Shown here: positions 42,955 to 54,430 of the stretch, piece after piece
How the letters are laid out: every line of letters starts with the position of its first letter
How positions within the stretch are numbered: the stretch's first letter is position 1
Origin: a virus
Direction: 5' to 3' (one strand)
Length of the DNA stretch: 64,000 bases
IMG/VR virus record: IMGVR_UViG_3300034683_000333
Program-made: the position numbers and the translations under genes
Notes under the pieces: generated by a model
The model's database searches: none
Seen by the model: the letters and a program-made list of their open reading frames with translations, nothing else
Told to the model about the DNA's origin: nothing

Positions 42955-44256
42955 TTATCCGTTAAACCTAATGTAAGTCGGTAGAACATCCACCAACTTT
43001 TTCGTACCGTCAAAATAACATATTTTAATATCGTTGTAAAGTCTTTTTATGAATTCAATGTAATCCGAATCAGAAAAAATGTGTTGCCTAAACATCATTA
43101 CTGCACCACATTTCACCATAACCTTCCAAAACGGAATAGAATCGTTGGTTAAAAAGAAATTGTAAAGGTCAACAAGTGAATCGAACTTAAGTTCCTCCGA
43201 CGAAGAAACATTTTCTTCCATAAAATCGTCCATATCCAGTGTTTCTTCTTTTTCGTTGCCATCAATTTCGGTGTATTTTATCACCAACGTTTTGGGAATA
43301 GATAGTTTATAAGGTCCACGTTTCTTTTCCAGAATACCCAGATCCTTAAGCATCATAATATTACTCAAAATCGCATCAAAGCCAGAAAACTGCGTCATCT
43401 CCAATCGAAAATCAACACCAACAAATGCATCCCGAGCCTTTTGAATCGTCCACAAAACACTTCTTGCCGCATCGGGCCGTTTTGTAAAAAATTTCGATTT
43501 ACTAAGACTCTTACCATAAAGAGTCAAATGACTCTTGTGCCGAAGAAAATTCCCACCGGGTGGTTCAGGTGGTGCAAACATATCCTGCTTTTCCCGATAT
43601 TGATTAATCACAAAGAACGTCATCCCAAGAGACGAAAATTGAAGATCACGAAGCATACTCGAAACAGCACGTGCCGTATCACCACGACCAGTAACCATTT
43701 TGGGCGGTGTGGCGGCCACACTATCCCAAATGACAACAAGCTCCTTTTGAGGAAACTTTTTCTTTACGATATCCAAAATTGCAGGGATATCCTCAATTGT
43801 GTTGGGAATGATTGGCTTTTGAAATGGAAGAACGATTTTGATTCGCTTCAACCATTCCGTGGCAACGCCCTCTTCCGAATCAAGAAACAAGAAGATGTAA
43901 CGATCTTGTTCCCCATTCAAAACAGATTGCCTGAAGATAGAACTCGCAATTTGAAAAGAGAGCGTTGTTTTTCCACTCCCGGGAACCCCCCAAAGATAGG
44001 TCATTCGATTCTTTGGTATTCCACCACAAAGAACCAAATCAAGATACGGATTTCCTGTTTTAAATAGATGCTTTTCCTCTCCGTCATCACTCAACGAGAG
44101 ACTTGCAACATCTTTGTACATCGATTCCAATTCATTATTCATTTTTTCAAGAATAGAATTGAAATCAATCGTTCCAGAATCTTCATTGATCTCTTTCCGT
44201 TCGTTTTCAATAATCATTTGATCTTCCATTACGGCCTCCCTTTTTCTTCTAGCCAT
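42955..44256 (-). CDS. recA: RecA / UvsX-like recombinase
   Basis: GNPYLDLVLCGGIP, Walker A GVPGSGKTT, FLDSE, IWDSVAA and INQYR. Confidence 0.88.
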   Translation of the reverse strand: MARRKREAVMEDQMIIENERKEINEDSGTIDFNSILEKMNNELESMYKDVASLSLSDDGEEKHLFKTGNPYLDLVLCGGIPKNRMTYLWGVPGSGKTTLSFQIASSIFRQSVLNGEQDRYIFLFLDSEEGVATEWLKRIKIVLPFQKPIIPNTIEDIPAILDIVKKKFPQKELVVIWDSVAATPPKMVTGRGDTARAVSSMLRDLQFSSLGMTFFVINQYREKQDMFAPPEPPGGNFLRHKSHLTLYGKSLSKSKFFTKRPDAARSVLWTIQKARDAFVGVDFRLEMTQFSGFDAILSNIMMLKDLGILEKKRGPYKLSIPKTLVIKYTEIDGNEKEETLDMDDFMEENVSSSEELKFDSLVDLYNFFLTNDSIPFWKVMVKCGAVMMFRQHIFSDSDYIEFIKRLYNDIKICYFDGTKKLVDVLPTYIRFNG

Positions 44257-44314
44257 TTAATCCTCCAGTAAAAAACTAATTAAAAAACAATAAAAACAAA
44301 GGAGAATCCTTTCG

Positions 44315-44452
44315 ATGGGCAAAAAGAAACTCCCTCGTGTTGACATAGATTAGCAGACTCTCATCGACGAGTCAAGTAAAAAATCAAAAAAGAAAAAGAT
44401 TTGTCGCAAGCTCAAAAAATCAAAGAAAAAGTTTAAATTAAGTATTAAATGA
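44315..44452 (+). CDS. 45-aa Lys-rich basic peptide (1 TAG), missed by the track
   Basis: AAGGAG RBS. MGKKKLPRVDID*QTLIDESSKKSKKKKICRKLKKSKKKFKLSIK. Confidence 0.55.
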
Positions 44453-44956
44453 TTTAACGATACGATTGATAACGTCAGTTGTTGAATATTTATGAATGTG
44501 CTCAATATAAACAACATCTGTAAATAAGCTACCAGTAACATCTTTTCCAACATATTCACTAGACTTAAATAGATATGTTGGTTTTATTACCTGAACTATT
44601 TTTTCAAGCTCGCTTTCTTCATTAAACAAAAGAACATCATTAACATATATTATAGAAGATAACACATCATAACGATCTTGGCAAGTGTTAATAGGTCTAC
44701 GATCACCTTTCAGTTTCTTAATTGAAGTGGAAGTGTTCAAGCAAACAACAAGATAGTCAACACGCAGATTTGCGTTCTTCAAAAAATTAACATGACCGGG
44801 ATGTAAAATATCAAAACATCCATTTGTAATCCCAATCTTCTTACCACGTTCTTTTAGTAATTGAGAAACATTCATAATTCGCTTTAATGATTTCAATGAA
44901 TCATTATATAACTTACAATTACCATCGGGATACAAATCACACGAACACCCAAACAT
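44438..44956 (-). CDS. Cytidylyltransferase-fold sugar-phosphate nucleotidyltransferase (HldE / RfaE domain II-like)
   Basis: TNGCFDILHPGHV, LNTSTSIKKLKGDRRPIN and YSTTDVI. Confidence 0.9.
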   Translation of the reverse strand: MFGCSCDLYPDGNCKLYNDSLKSLKRIMNVSQLLKERGKKIGITNGCFDILHPGHVNFLKNANLRVDYLVVCLNTSTSIKKLKGDRRPINTCQDRYDVLSSIIYVNDVLLFNEESELEKIVQVIKPTYLFKSSEYVGKDVTGSLFTDVVYIEHIHKYSTTDVINRIVKSFNT

Positions 44957-44962
44957 TAGACA

Positions 44963-45571
44963 TTACCTCCGGTTAGTTTTTTTAGATTCAGTAATATTTC
45001 TAAAATATGCTATATAAAAAGAATCCAATATATCGGAAAGCGGAGACTTTAATTTATCACCACCACCATTAACATCATTATATATAGACAAAACATCGTC
45101 GTACCATTCATTTGAAACAATTATCTTAGATGAATCAACCATATCACAAAAGACTCTAAACAGTTCCTCCTTCTTGGCATTACCCTTATAAATTGCTTTT
45201 TTCACCATAGTTGGTGATACAACACAAAAAGTGTTCATCTGCCTCGTCAAAACCAGTTTTAAAATACCAACGAATTCACCTATCGAAAAAACTTTTCCAA
45301 CAGCCCTAAAAGCATAATCTTCAATCAAAAGGTCATCATAATCATACCGTTCAATAAAATTTGAAAATGTTTTTACAACTTCATAATAGTATAAAATATC
45401 ATTACCAATTGCTTTACGATCAATAAATATCGGGGTTATTGTACCACGCTCACATCGATCTGCCATCCTTTGTGTCGGAACCACGACCCAGGATCTCGTT
45501 ATGCCGTCTTCTGTCTATACGGTCATGGCCGTAGATGTGATTGAAGGATCAATTCCGATGTAGCACTTCAT
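44963..45571 (-). CDS. RuvC-like Holliday junction resolvase (TAG at codon 19)
   Basis: GGAGG RBS. MKCYIGIDPSITSTA (catalytic Asp) lies upstream of TAG 45515, then LLIEDYAF, KKAI and DILDSF. Confidence 0.85.
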
Positions 45572-45610
45572 TGCAAAACCTCCGAATTTTTTGATTCATA
45601 TATTTTATAA

Positions 45611-45640
45611 AAAAGGCTCGACCGAAGCCGAGCCTCTTTT
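45611..45640. terminator. Intrinsic terminator
   Basis: AAAAGGCTCGaccgaagcCGAGCCTCTTTT. Confidence 0.65.
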
Positions 45641-45646
45641 AGTTAA

Positions 45647-46345
45647 TCAAACCATAAGCTTCAAAAATTGCATTCTCATGTCGTCATCCCATTTGCGATC
45701 CTTTAGGCGGATCGGAAGCTTAACACCCATCGTCCGCAATATTTTCCAAACGTCGGTTTTTTTGTAAAACAAATATTTGGAAAGTTCAAAACATCCATCG
45801 GGTGTGAACAAGAACACCCTTTCCGTTCTTTTTTGCCAATCCTCGGAATCCACCATTTTGACAACCGCAAGGTTCGATTCCTTAACAACCTACGTGATAT
45901 AGAATCCCTCGGGAATCGAACAATTGGTAAAATTTCTCAACCTTTTCTTAAAATTCCTATCTCTCCATACAACATACTTTTCAGGAAATGTATTTCTATA
46001 GGCCAAATCCCGATCATTTACATTACATTCGGTTTTGGTCCAATCATTTCTTCTTATCTTTGCTTTATCTCTTTCAGCCACAATTCGAACATATTTTTTC
46101 TGTTTTTCAGTATACCAAGAAACAGTAAGATATGTGGTTTTAGCCAAATATTTATAGCTGTTTCCAACATGGCCTCCATCCGAATAGATGTAGCCATACT
46201 TATTTTCTTCAATCATGGGAATGTATTTAAACAGTACCCAACGTTCAATGAGACGACACCGATTACCACGTTCTACAGTGTCAAGAATCTACTCGATCTC
46301 ATTCTTTACATTTTCTACATCAATGAAAATAAAACGCTTTTCCAT
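45647..46345 (-). CDS. 232-aa hypothetical protein (2 TAGs)
   Basis: GGGGGG RBS with ATG 46345. The TAGs join two track ORFs. Confidence 0.72.
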
Positions 46346-46514
46346 GATTGCCCCCCTATGTTTGAGTCATCCAACCCTTATCGTTAGTTATGATTTATCA
46401 TAACTTGATAAGTATGTCAAGAAGATTTTTTAAATTTTGATTGGAAAATTAGATTTTCAAAGGGATGAAATGGAATTGATTAAGACTAACCAAAAAATCA
46501 AAGCTATTAAACAA

Positions 46515-46552
46515 TAAAAAACCCGGTCACTCTATCGAGGCCGGGTTTTTTG
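46515..46552. terminator. Intrinsic terminator downstream of mucR
   Basis: AAAAACCCGG..CCGGGTTTTT. Confidence 0.75.
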
Positions 46553-46569
46553 TAGGCGGTGGTAAAAAC

Positions 46570-47154
46570 CTAATCTTTCTTCTTTTCGTCCTTCGTATCC
46601 TTTTTTGTCTCCTTCGTTAAATCAACAGCAACGGCCTGCTTGCCAACGCTCGTCACCGCATCCACGACCGGTTCTGCACCACCAACGGCAACCTTATCTT
46701 CGCTTTTCCGTCTGCTAGCCTGATACTTCCGAAGATTTTCGGGAAGCCCACGCTCCTTGGCAAGCTTCGATCGGCGCTTGCTCACCTCAAGACACGAAAG
46801 GGGCTGGCGCTTTCCAAATCCCCACTTGGCTTTGTATTCCTTGGGGGTCAAACCGTGCTCACGAAGGTGTATGAATGTGAGTTGCTTAAATTCTTTACCA
46901 CATTCGAGACAAATCACCTTGTCCTTCTGGATACTGTTCTCGGGTGAAATCTTTTCTTCCACTTCTTCAATTTGTGGGGCAAACAGTCGATCGATATCGA
47001 ATTTTTCGATTTCGCCCTCATCCATCTTGTTAAGTTTCATGATCCCAAGGTAGGTTTTCCGAACTTCTTCCAAGATTTCCCTGGGAGACATGTTGGGATA
47101 ATCCCGACGATCCTTAATGAGATTAACAGCAAGTTCCATCATCTTGTTTTCCAT
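46570..47154 (-). CDS. MucR / Ros-family Zn-finger regulator
   Basis: SIQKDKVICLECGKEFKQL..HLREHGLTPKEYKAKWG..PL..SKRRSKLAKERGL. Ends on TAG. Confidence 0.9.
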   Translation of the reverse strand: MENKMMELAVNLIKDRRDYPNMSPREILEEVRKTYLGIMKLNKMDEGEIEKFDIDRLFAPQIEEVEEKISPENSIQKDKVICLECGKEFKQLTFIHLREHGLTPKEYKAKWGFGKRQPLSCLEVSKRRSKLAKERGLPENLRKYQASRRKSEDKVAVGGAEPVVDAVTSVGKQAVAVDLTKETKKDTKDEKKKD

Positions 47155-47262
47155 GGTTACACCTCCCACATCTTATTTTGGCTTCTGAAGTTTAAAACTG
47201 ACCACCACTCTACGGGAATAACAATAAATCATCTTGATATAGCGATCAAGCATTTTTTTTCT

Positions 47263-48744
47263 TTATTTAACCTTATATGGTTTTAAGTCTTTAGACTCAC
47301 TTGTAAAATACTTTAAACCCCTAAAATGTGGTTCAATCCATATTGTCTTTCGCAGTGCCATCCTTGGTCCATGAGCTTGTCGCCTAAAATGACCCCGAAC
47401 ACTTACCAGCTTGTTCAACTTCCTACCAAAACCAGACCCGGAAGGCAAATTGGATATACGACGGACACCAGAACTAGGCTTAATATATATGTAATTGCGT
47501 ACATAACTTCGGCGCTTTTCTAGTGAACGCATCTTTTTCGGTTTCTTGGTTTGTAGGATTTGTTTTTCAAGCTCTGTATACTCTTTCCGATGCACAGCAA
47601 GTTCGGGGTAAAGATTTATGTAAAGAACAGTAGACAATACTAAATTTAAAACATCCTTCGACATTCTCCTCCCAACACGAGCTTCAGCATCTCTGAGTGT
47701 ATCACTAGGTTTCTGATTATCAGAAATCCTAATATTGTAAAATTTATACATTTCTTCGTTTGTAGTGTACTCAATACCATAAAGCACGAGATGAAGATAA
47801 TCTTCAAGACGACTCACCAACACGCCACGAAACTCGTAATGTTCATCGGGTGTCACCCTGGATAAATCGTGACCAATCCAAAAAGGGTCATCTGGATCAA
47901 GCTCATCCACAACATCCATATTTACATTTGTGTTCCCGTAATCCAATACCATGACCTCGTTTGGAAATGTAATGTATTTCCATTCCAGTTCACAATCGGT
48001 CGAAAATAAATACGGGAATAAAGACTCGTCGATTTTATAAATTCCACCTTTTAGTAACAATACAATTTCTGTATACAACGAAACAACCATATCACTTAAA
48101 ACAACATTCGGACCGGCTAATCTAATGAACCCAAATACGCTATTTACGTACTCATAAGTTACTCGTTCAATTTTATCTTCAATTTTCAGTTCATTATTAA
48201 AAACTGCATCAACTATCTTATCCCGATTAAGCTTCGGAAGCCTATCGTAAAAATATCGTGTAAACTGATATCCATGACAAACATCTTTTGTTGGCTTAAA
48301 ACTCGCATACCATTGAAGAGATTCCAAATACCTTCTATCAAATTCCTCAACCGAAGAAAATATTTCAATCCTAATACTTTCCTTAATAAAAGACATAAAT
48401 GCAATATGAGTATTCCCAAACTTCTCAATATATGGCTTAAAATAACCAGAACTAAACGTTATCGCACCGAATACCACTTTCCCATTATGACTATATAATT
48501 CTTGCATCAACAAACGTAGTACAACATCATCCTCTTCTGGAAGATCAACAACATCTTCCATAATAATACCATAATGTAGATACGGTTCTTGGAGACGACC
48601 ACGATGCCACATTCCCGTTCTTGGAACAAATACATATATTTCACTGGGAGTATAAAGTTCAACATCCGGGAAATCATTATAAATTAAGACGGCGCAATAA
48701 TCCTTAATCCCTATCATCCGAATATGTGAATTTTGAATGCTCAT
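47263..48744 (-). CDS. 493-aa hypothetical phage protein
   Basis: C-terminal VRGHFRRQ..G..IWIEP basic motif, common in phage proteins. Confidence 0.75.
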   Translation of the reverse strand: MSIQNSHIRMIGIKDYCAVLIYNDFPDVELYTPSEIYVFVPRTGMWHRGRLQEPYLHYGIIMEDVVDLPEEDDVVLRLLMQELYSHNGKVVFGAITFSSGYFKPYIEKFGNTHIAFMSFIKESIRIEIFSSVEEFDRRYLESLQWYASFKPTKDVCHGYQFTRYFYDRLPKLNRDKIVDAVFNNELKIEDKIERVTYEYVNSVFGFIRLAGPNVVLSDMVVSLYTEIVLLLKGGIYKIDESLFPYLFSTDCELEWKYITFPNEVMVLDYGNTNVNMDVVDELDPDDPFWIGHDLSRVTPDEHYEFRGVLVSRLEDYLHLVLYGIEYTTNEEMYKFYNIRISDNQKPSDTLRDAEARVGRRMSKDVLNLVLSTVLYINLYPELAVHRKEYTELEKQILQTKKPKKMRSLEKRRSYVRNYIYIKPSSGVRRISNLPSGSGFGRKLNKLVSVRGHFRRQAHGPRMALRKTIWIEPHFRGLKYFTSESKDLKPYKVK

Positions 48745-48764
48745 TCATTTTCCTTTCAAATAAG

Positions 48765-49025
48765 TTACATATACAAGGTAATATCCAATTGTTTTGATAT
48801 AAATAAATAAACTAGTGTCGATACAATCTTTTCCAACTCAACCTCTACACCCATTTCCTTCAATTTTCTGTCGATTTCTGTCCAAGTCTCATCATCCCAA
48901 TCACTCATAACACCAACGATCTCACGTCTTGCACATTGAGTACACAACATTTCACCACCAAACGGAGATTCGAAAACAACATTCAAATCTCCACAATCAC
49001 GACACCCGGTATTTTCCATACACAC
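48765..49025 (-). CDS. Small CxxC protein
   Basis: CRDC and CTQC. Confidence 0.55.
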   Translation of the reverse strand: MCMENTGCRDCGDLNVVFESPFGGEMLCTQCARREIVGVMSDWDDETWTEIDRKLKEMGVEVELEKIVSTLVYLFISKQLDITLYM

Positions 49026-49722
49026 ACCCCTTTAGATAAAAAAGTGGATCAGTATAATTTTTTGAAATTGGATTTTCAATCATTTTGATTACACGATTAA
49101 TATTTTTCTCCATGTGACTAACAACCAAAATTTCATTTTTCGTATGTTGATTGTAATAACCAATGGAAAGATTTACATGGGGAACACCATAGTATCTAGT
49201 CAAATACAACACATCGGAAAATGTTCCTATGTGTCTATCATACCCAAAGCGCTCCACATATAGCATCACATCCCTAGAAATTCTGCCATAGAAAACATAC
49301 TGATCACACGCCATCCGGTCAAGGGCAATAAATAGCCTGTCTCTCCCAACCCAATGCCCCGATTCAACGAACGTCTTCATTCCCAATCCACCACATTCTT
49401 CGTAGTTGGTCAAAAGAACGCTCGGACGCCATTTGCACTTCGAAAGAATCTGAAATATGGCATACACACCAGCTCGATCATCCGACCCAAGAATACCATT
49501 TTCATTTCGAACGACGCCATTTTTCCACTTAAGATTAACAGGAACTCCAGGATCTCGCACCGTGTCCACATGAGCCACAATGCACATGGGAACCTCACCA
49601 ATGGCATAGACAAATTGATCATCTAACCGGATAACCGTTTTAAAATATTTTTCCAATTCTGCACCCGCATCACATAATAGTCGATAATTATCTTTTTTTA
49701 TGATACTTTCCAGATCATACAT
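48997..49722 (-). CDS. M28 / M20-like Zn peptidase
   Basis: AHVDTV, GSDDRAG, EECG and YYNQHT. Confidence 0.8.
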   Translation of the reverse strand: MYDLESIIKKDNYRLLCDAGAELEKYFKTVIRLDDQFVYAIGEVPMCIVAHVDTVRDPGVPVNLKWKNGVVRNENGILGSDDRAGVYAIFQILSKCKWRPSVLLTNYEECGGLGMKTFVESGHWVGRDRLFIALDRMACDQYVFYGRISRDVMLYVERFGYDRHIGTFSDVLYLTRYYGVPHVNLSIGYYNQHTKNEILVVSHMEKNINRVIKMIENPISKNYTDPLFYLKGCVYGKYRVS

Positions 49723-49781
49723 TAAATTAAGCCTCCCCCTACTAATTTTTCAAAATAAATTTTTAACACCGGAGACAAAAT

Positions 49782-52700
49782 ATGTTTTCACAAAACTCAT
49801 CCATGAATCTTGATATCCTATCAAATAAAGACTTTGTAAAAGCATATAATACAATACTCCAGTCTCTCAATCAAGATACGCCAATTTTTTACCAAAATAC
49901 TGACAAGTTCCAAATTACCATCAACCCCCAAGACTTTGACTTACTACAAGTCAACGAAAAACTATCACACGCCATCATACTACCATACGAAGTTAGTATT
50001 GTCAATAAATCTTTTATGAAAACAAAAGTATATCGATTGGTATCACGAAAACTTCCAAATACGATAAACTAGCACACGAACGCACAATTCCCATTCACCG
50101 TTGAAATTGACCAAACCAGGTCCTTTCTATTGTACGTGACTATTGATACACTTGATGATATTGATTGGTTAATCGATAACGATTTGGCATTTGTCGCTTA
50201 TACAGATAACACCACCCTTTACGAAATCGATTTTGCGATAAGAGTGCCTGACATTCGTGGAATTTCTTCATTTAGCCAGTTTGAAAACTACATCGAAGCA
50301 AAAGATTGGTACGAATCCGGTGTAACGGATTTCGACGAAATCATTAACCTTAGTATAGGAATCCATAAACAATCACAAGCAAGCCGCATCCTTAATCAAG
50401 CATTGATTGATTTTACAGATCGCTCATCACAAGAATTCAATTCATTAATTCAGTCCATTTAGAATCCAGAAGACATCTCTGAACTCGAAAAATAGAGAGC
50501 AACCTTCAAACCCCATCTTCCTGGAGATTTCATTTGGGCGCTCCTCACACTTGAAGACAACTATTCACTCAAATCAAAAATGAAGTTTAATATTCAAAGA
50601 ATTTCATATATTTCTGGTATTTTAGAAAACAAAAAAAATTGCGGATATGATGAAGCATCACAAATGTTTGAAAATTAGAAGAATTCAGTTGAAGTCTATA
50701 CCGGAACGGACATAACAGAACAACGACAAAAACTCGATTTACTTACTATGCAGATCAGAATACCTTGGTTCGGCTCTGAATGGTGTATTTTTGACGTTAT
50801 TACGACCATTCTAAATATCAATGGATACCAAACTACTGTAACAGACAACCAAAGTCTAAAGGAATATGTGGGACAACACATTCGATCAAGCGGAATCAGC
50901 AACTTAACACCTTATATAGAAGATGTAAACATAAACTATGATATTAGCTCACAAATTAAGGAAAATACTTATACATTTACAACTTTGGTTCCTACTGGTT
51001 ATGTACCTAAACCTGACAATACAACACAATATGGTTACAAAATCATTCATGCAGATCATTCTATTTTGTTTAGTGATATTCTCGATACAACCGACTTTGA
51101 GATAAGCTTTATATATCATCGCCCAGTAAACATAACAAGTAGGAATTTTATTTTTCATGATTTCAAAGATTCTTTTATTCAGAAAATGTTAAGTTATGAT
51201 TGGACATCTTATTTTGGTGGAAGCATCGACCCAAATATTCCCATTAACCTACTATCGACAGACTACACGATTGAACTCTAGAAAACCAATGAAAATGGTG
51301 ACTTCACCTACGACAACACACAATGGGTGGTCAATAAAGTTACAACACTTCATCTTTCTGATGAAATTGTTGAATCTTTTAGAATAACGAACTTTGAAAT
51401 TCTTGACGATGGAAGTGGTGACATCCTTCTAACACAAACAAATAATGTAACCGACATCGTTGCAATCCACAAAATTGACGTATTCAATGAAGGAAACACA
51501 TATTTGCAACTTACTGAAGCGAAATGGTTTTTGCCTACAATATACCCATATCAAGAACAATTCAAAACAGCATTTCCATCATTCTTCGTTGGCCTCGACA
51601 CCATAACAAACAACAAAGAATTTTATCAATCCATGATTAAACGAATCGACATTGTTTCAACTGGAACACTAACTCCTGGTGAAACGGGTTCAATTTTCGT
51701 TGTTGTCAGACTGAATAGAAACATATTAAGTCATTACCTATCACAATTTATTGAAATACCATATGCAATCAAGCTAACATTCAATGAAGATCTTCATTAT
51801 TACATCACGTGGAGCACAAATGGCATTATTTCAAAATACCTCGACTGGAAAGAAGGAAAACAAAAGTATCATCCCAAGAACATTATGTGGCAGTAGCCAT
51901 TTTCCAATGAAATTCATAACGGTGATTTGCCACTGGCAATTCCAGATGATGATGTATATAAATACTTTCCACCTAATTTTAATTACTAGTTTTCCACCTA
52001 CCACGAAGAATCAAGCGACCCAGTGACATATCCCAACGACTTTGTAAAAACACTGGCACGGATGAGCGAAGATCCTTCTACGAATCTACCAGCGCCCATC
52101 GTCAAACCTGGACAATACGGCATCGTCGCATACCCGATGATTCTTCCTATTCCAGAAGGTGAGACAAACATCGGGAGCATTTCTGATCTCATCACCCGGT
52201 GTCATACCGCACCACTCAACAAAACCACCTATCGAATTCACTGGCTCTATTTCAACGAATTTTTTGATGACATCCTCTCAACATACAAAACGGCAAAAAA
52301 ACTCGGCTTTAGTTGGATTCCAACGTCAGAAAATACACACTACGTAACAAATGGTCTTGACTATACTGAAAATAGAATAATTCCAAATACAGGAAGTATT
52401 CGACCAATCAATTTAGAATAGTTTACCAAAATCAACGCAAAAGTTACATTTATGTTTAATGAAACACTTAAAAATGTATTTGAATACAGCTTCCCACGCA
52501 CCATTTCAACATATGAAACGCTAAGCGATGTAGATAAATTTTTACAAGAACTTAAAGGTGAAAATGAAGAAATAATACCACCAAAAGAAGATAAACCAAA
52601 GAAGTTTTTGGATAAATTCCTTTACAAAGTAAAATTAGGTGAAATTGTAGGAAACAAACCAGGAACTATGATTGTTCAAACCGATTATATGAATCTTTTA

Positions 52701-54395
52701 ACAATTCAGCGACACGACAATTTCACGATCAAAACACACTCAATCGGCCCCGATTCACCAGACACGTATCAAATTTCAATAGTTGATCCGACACTTGGTA
52801 ACGGGGAAATCATTATTCGCTTCTTAGGATCTGATTACACTTTTACTTTCGAATGGGAAAAAATTGATGAACGTTCCATCCTCGAAAACATTGGTAACGT
52901 TGTAATCGATCCAGATTACATCAACCTTAAATACATTCCCATTGACGAAACATATTCTGTTGCCATCTCCATTACAAATCCAAATCCGTTTCCATTGGAT
53001 ATCACGAGCTTACCCATGGCAAATGATTCGATGTTGGTTGTTGAAATGGTTGAATTTCCAGAAAATGAATATCTTAATCTTCTTTATCATCATTGGAAAG
53101 TCCTAAATAAACCTTATAAACTTCAACCCAATGAAACTGTAAAACTTGTTTTACGAATTATTCCACGTCGCATTGGGGTGAACTTTCATACATTATACTT
53201 AAAAATCGGTAATTCAATCCGAACTGTTGACATCGAATTTAACTCTTTTGTAAATAACAAACCATATTTTGTTCTAGATGAAGAAAGTAGAATTGTCGAT
53301 TTTGGAGATGTACCCATCGGGAAAATTGAAGAAAAATCAATTATTATTAAAAATATCGGTGATGTTATTGGAAAAATAAATTCAGTTTACACTTTCGGAA
53401 ATGATGCTCAACATTTCAAGCTTCTCGATCCAAGAACTGGAGAAATTGCAGAACGTTTGTCATTTAATAAGATTGTAAAACCGAAAACATCCCTTCACGT
53501 ACCGGTACGATTCTACAGCCAATCATACGGTCTGAACACGTCGTATGCTCACATCGAAACCAATGAACCGGTTGTTGACCAGTGGCAAATTTTCGATGAT
53601 TCGACCCAGCTATTCAGAAATGCACCAAAGTATCTGTCAACACTGTTACGTGCTCAAGTCGTTTTGGAAGACGACCCAGTTGATCTTGATACCTATATTT
53701 TCCTTGGTTATGTACATCCAACCAGAAGTCGTTTTAGAACATACGAATTAACACTCAATAACAAATCATCCGATAAGATCATTAGCATTTAGAAAATTGA
53801 TAACTACATGAAAAACTATATTAAAATAAAATACAGTCAAGAGCCTTTCTCACAGAAAACAAGCGTTTATATAACACTCAATCCAAGATCATATTCAGAA
53901 AACATATATTTTGATCAACTATTTGTCTGGTATTCCGTTTATGACAAGAAGACGCATAAACGTCGAATCGTATTGAAAAAAATACCCATTTCGTGGCAAG
54001 TTACCTCAGAAAACTATTATGAATTTGACATCAATGCAAGTGAGCTTATTCTTGTCACAAAACCGTTTATCAAAACAATGAAAGTTTTGCATGTCACAAA
54101 CTTTAGCAACGTCGATGCAACAATGGAGATAAGCTTTTTGAACGATTTTAGTGGACTTTACTCTATTGTACCCCATCTTATTGGACCTGTTCTTATACCA
54201 GAAGGAGTTCGATACACTTTCAGAATTCTTTTCGGTGGGGATCAACGATTTCTTGGAAAATATGACACAGGAATAAACATTCTATTCAATATTGGTGAAT
54301 CAACAATATAGAAAACAATTGCATTGAAGGGACTCATTGGAGAAGAAAACATCATTAAAGCGTACAAGCGAAAAAATATCATCATAACAACCTAA
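49782..54395 (+). CDS. 1537-aa protein with ASH / choice-of-anchor-D-like Ig domains (10 TAGs), probably structural
   Basis: Single frame from ATG 49782 to TAA 54393, broken only by TAG. Joins 7 track ORFs. IVDFGDVPIGK..IIIKNIG motif. Confidence 0.88.
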
Positions 54396-54401
54396 CAAAA
54401 A

Positions 54402-54425
54402 TGGGCGGTCTCACTGACCGCCCTT
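54402..54425. terminator. Terminator between convergent genes
   Basis: GGGCGGTCtcactGACCGCCC. Confidence 0.7.
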
Positions 54426-54430
54426 CTCAT

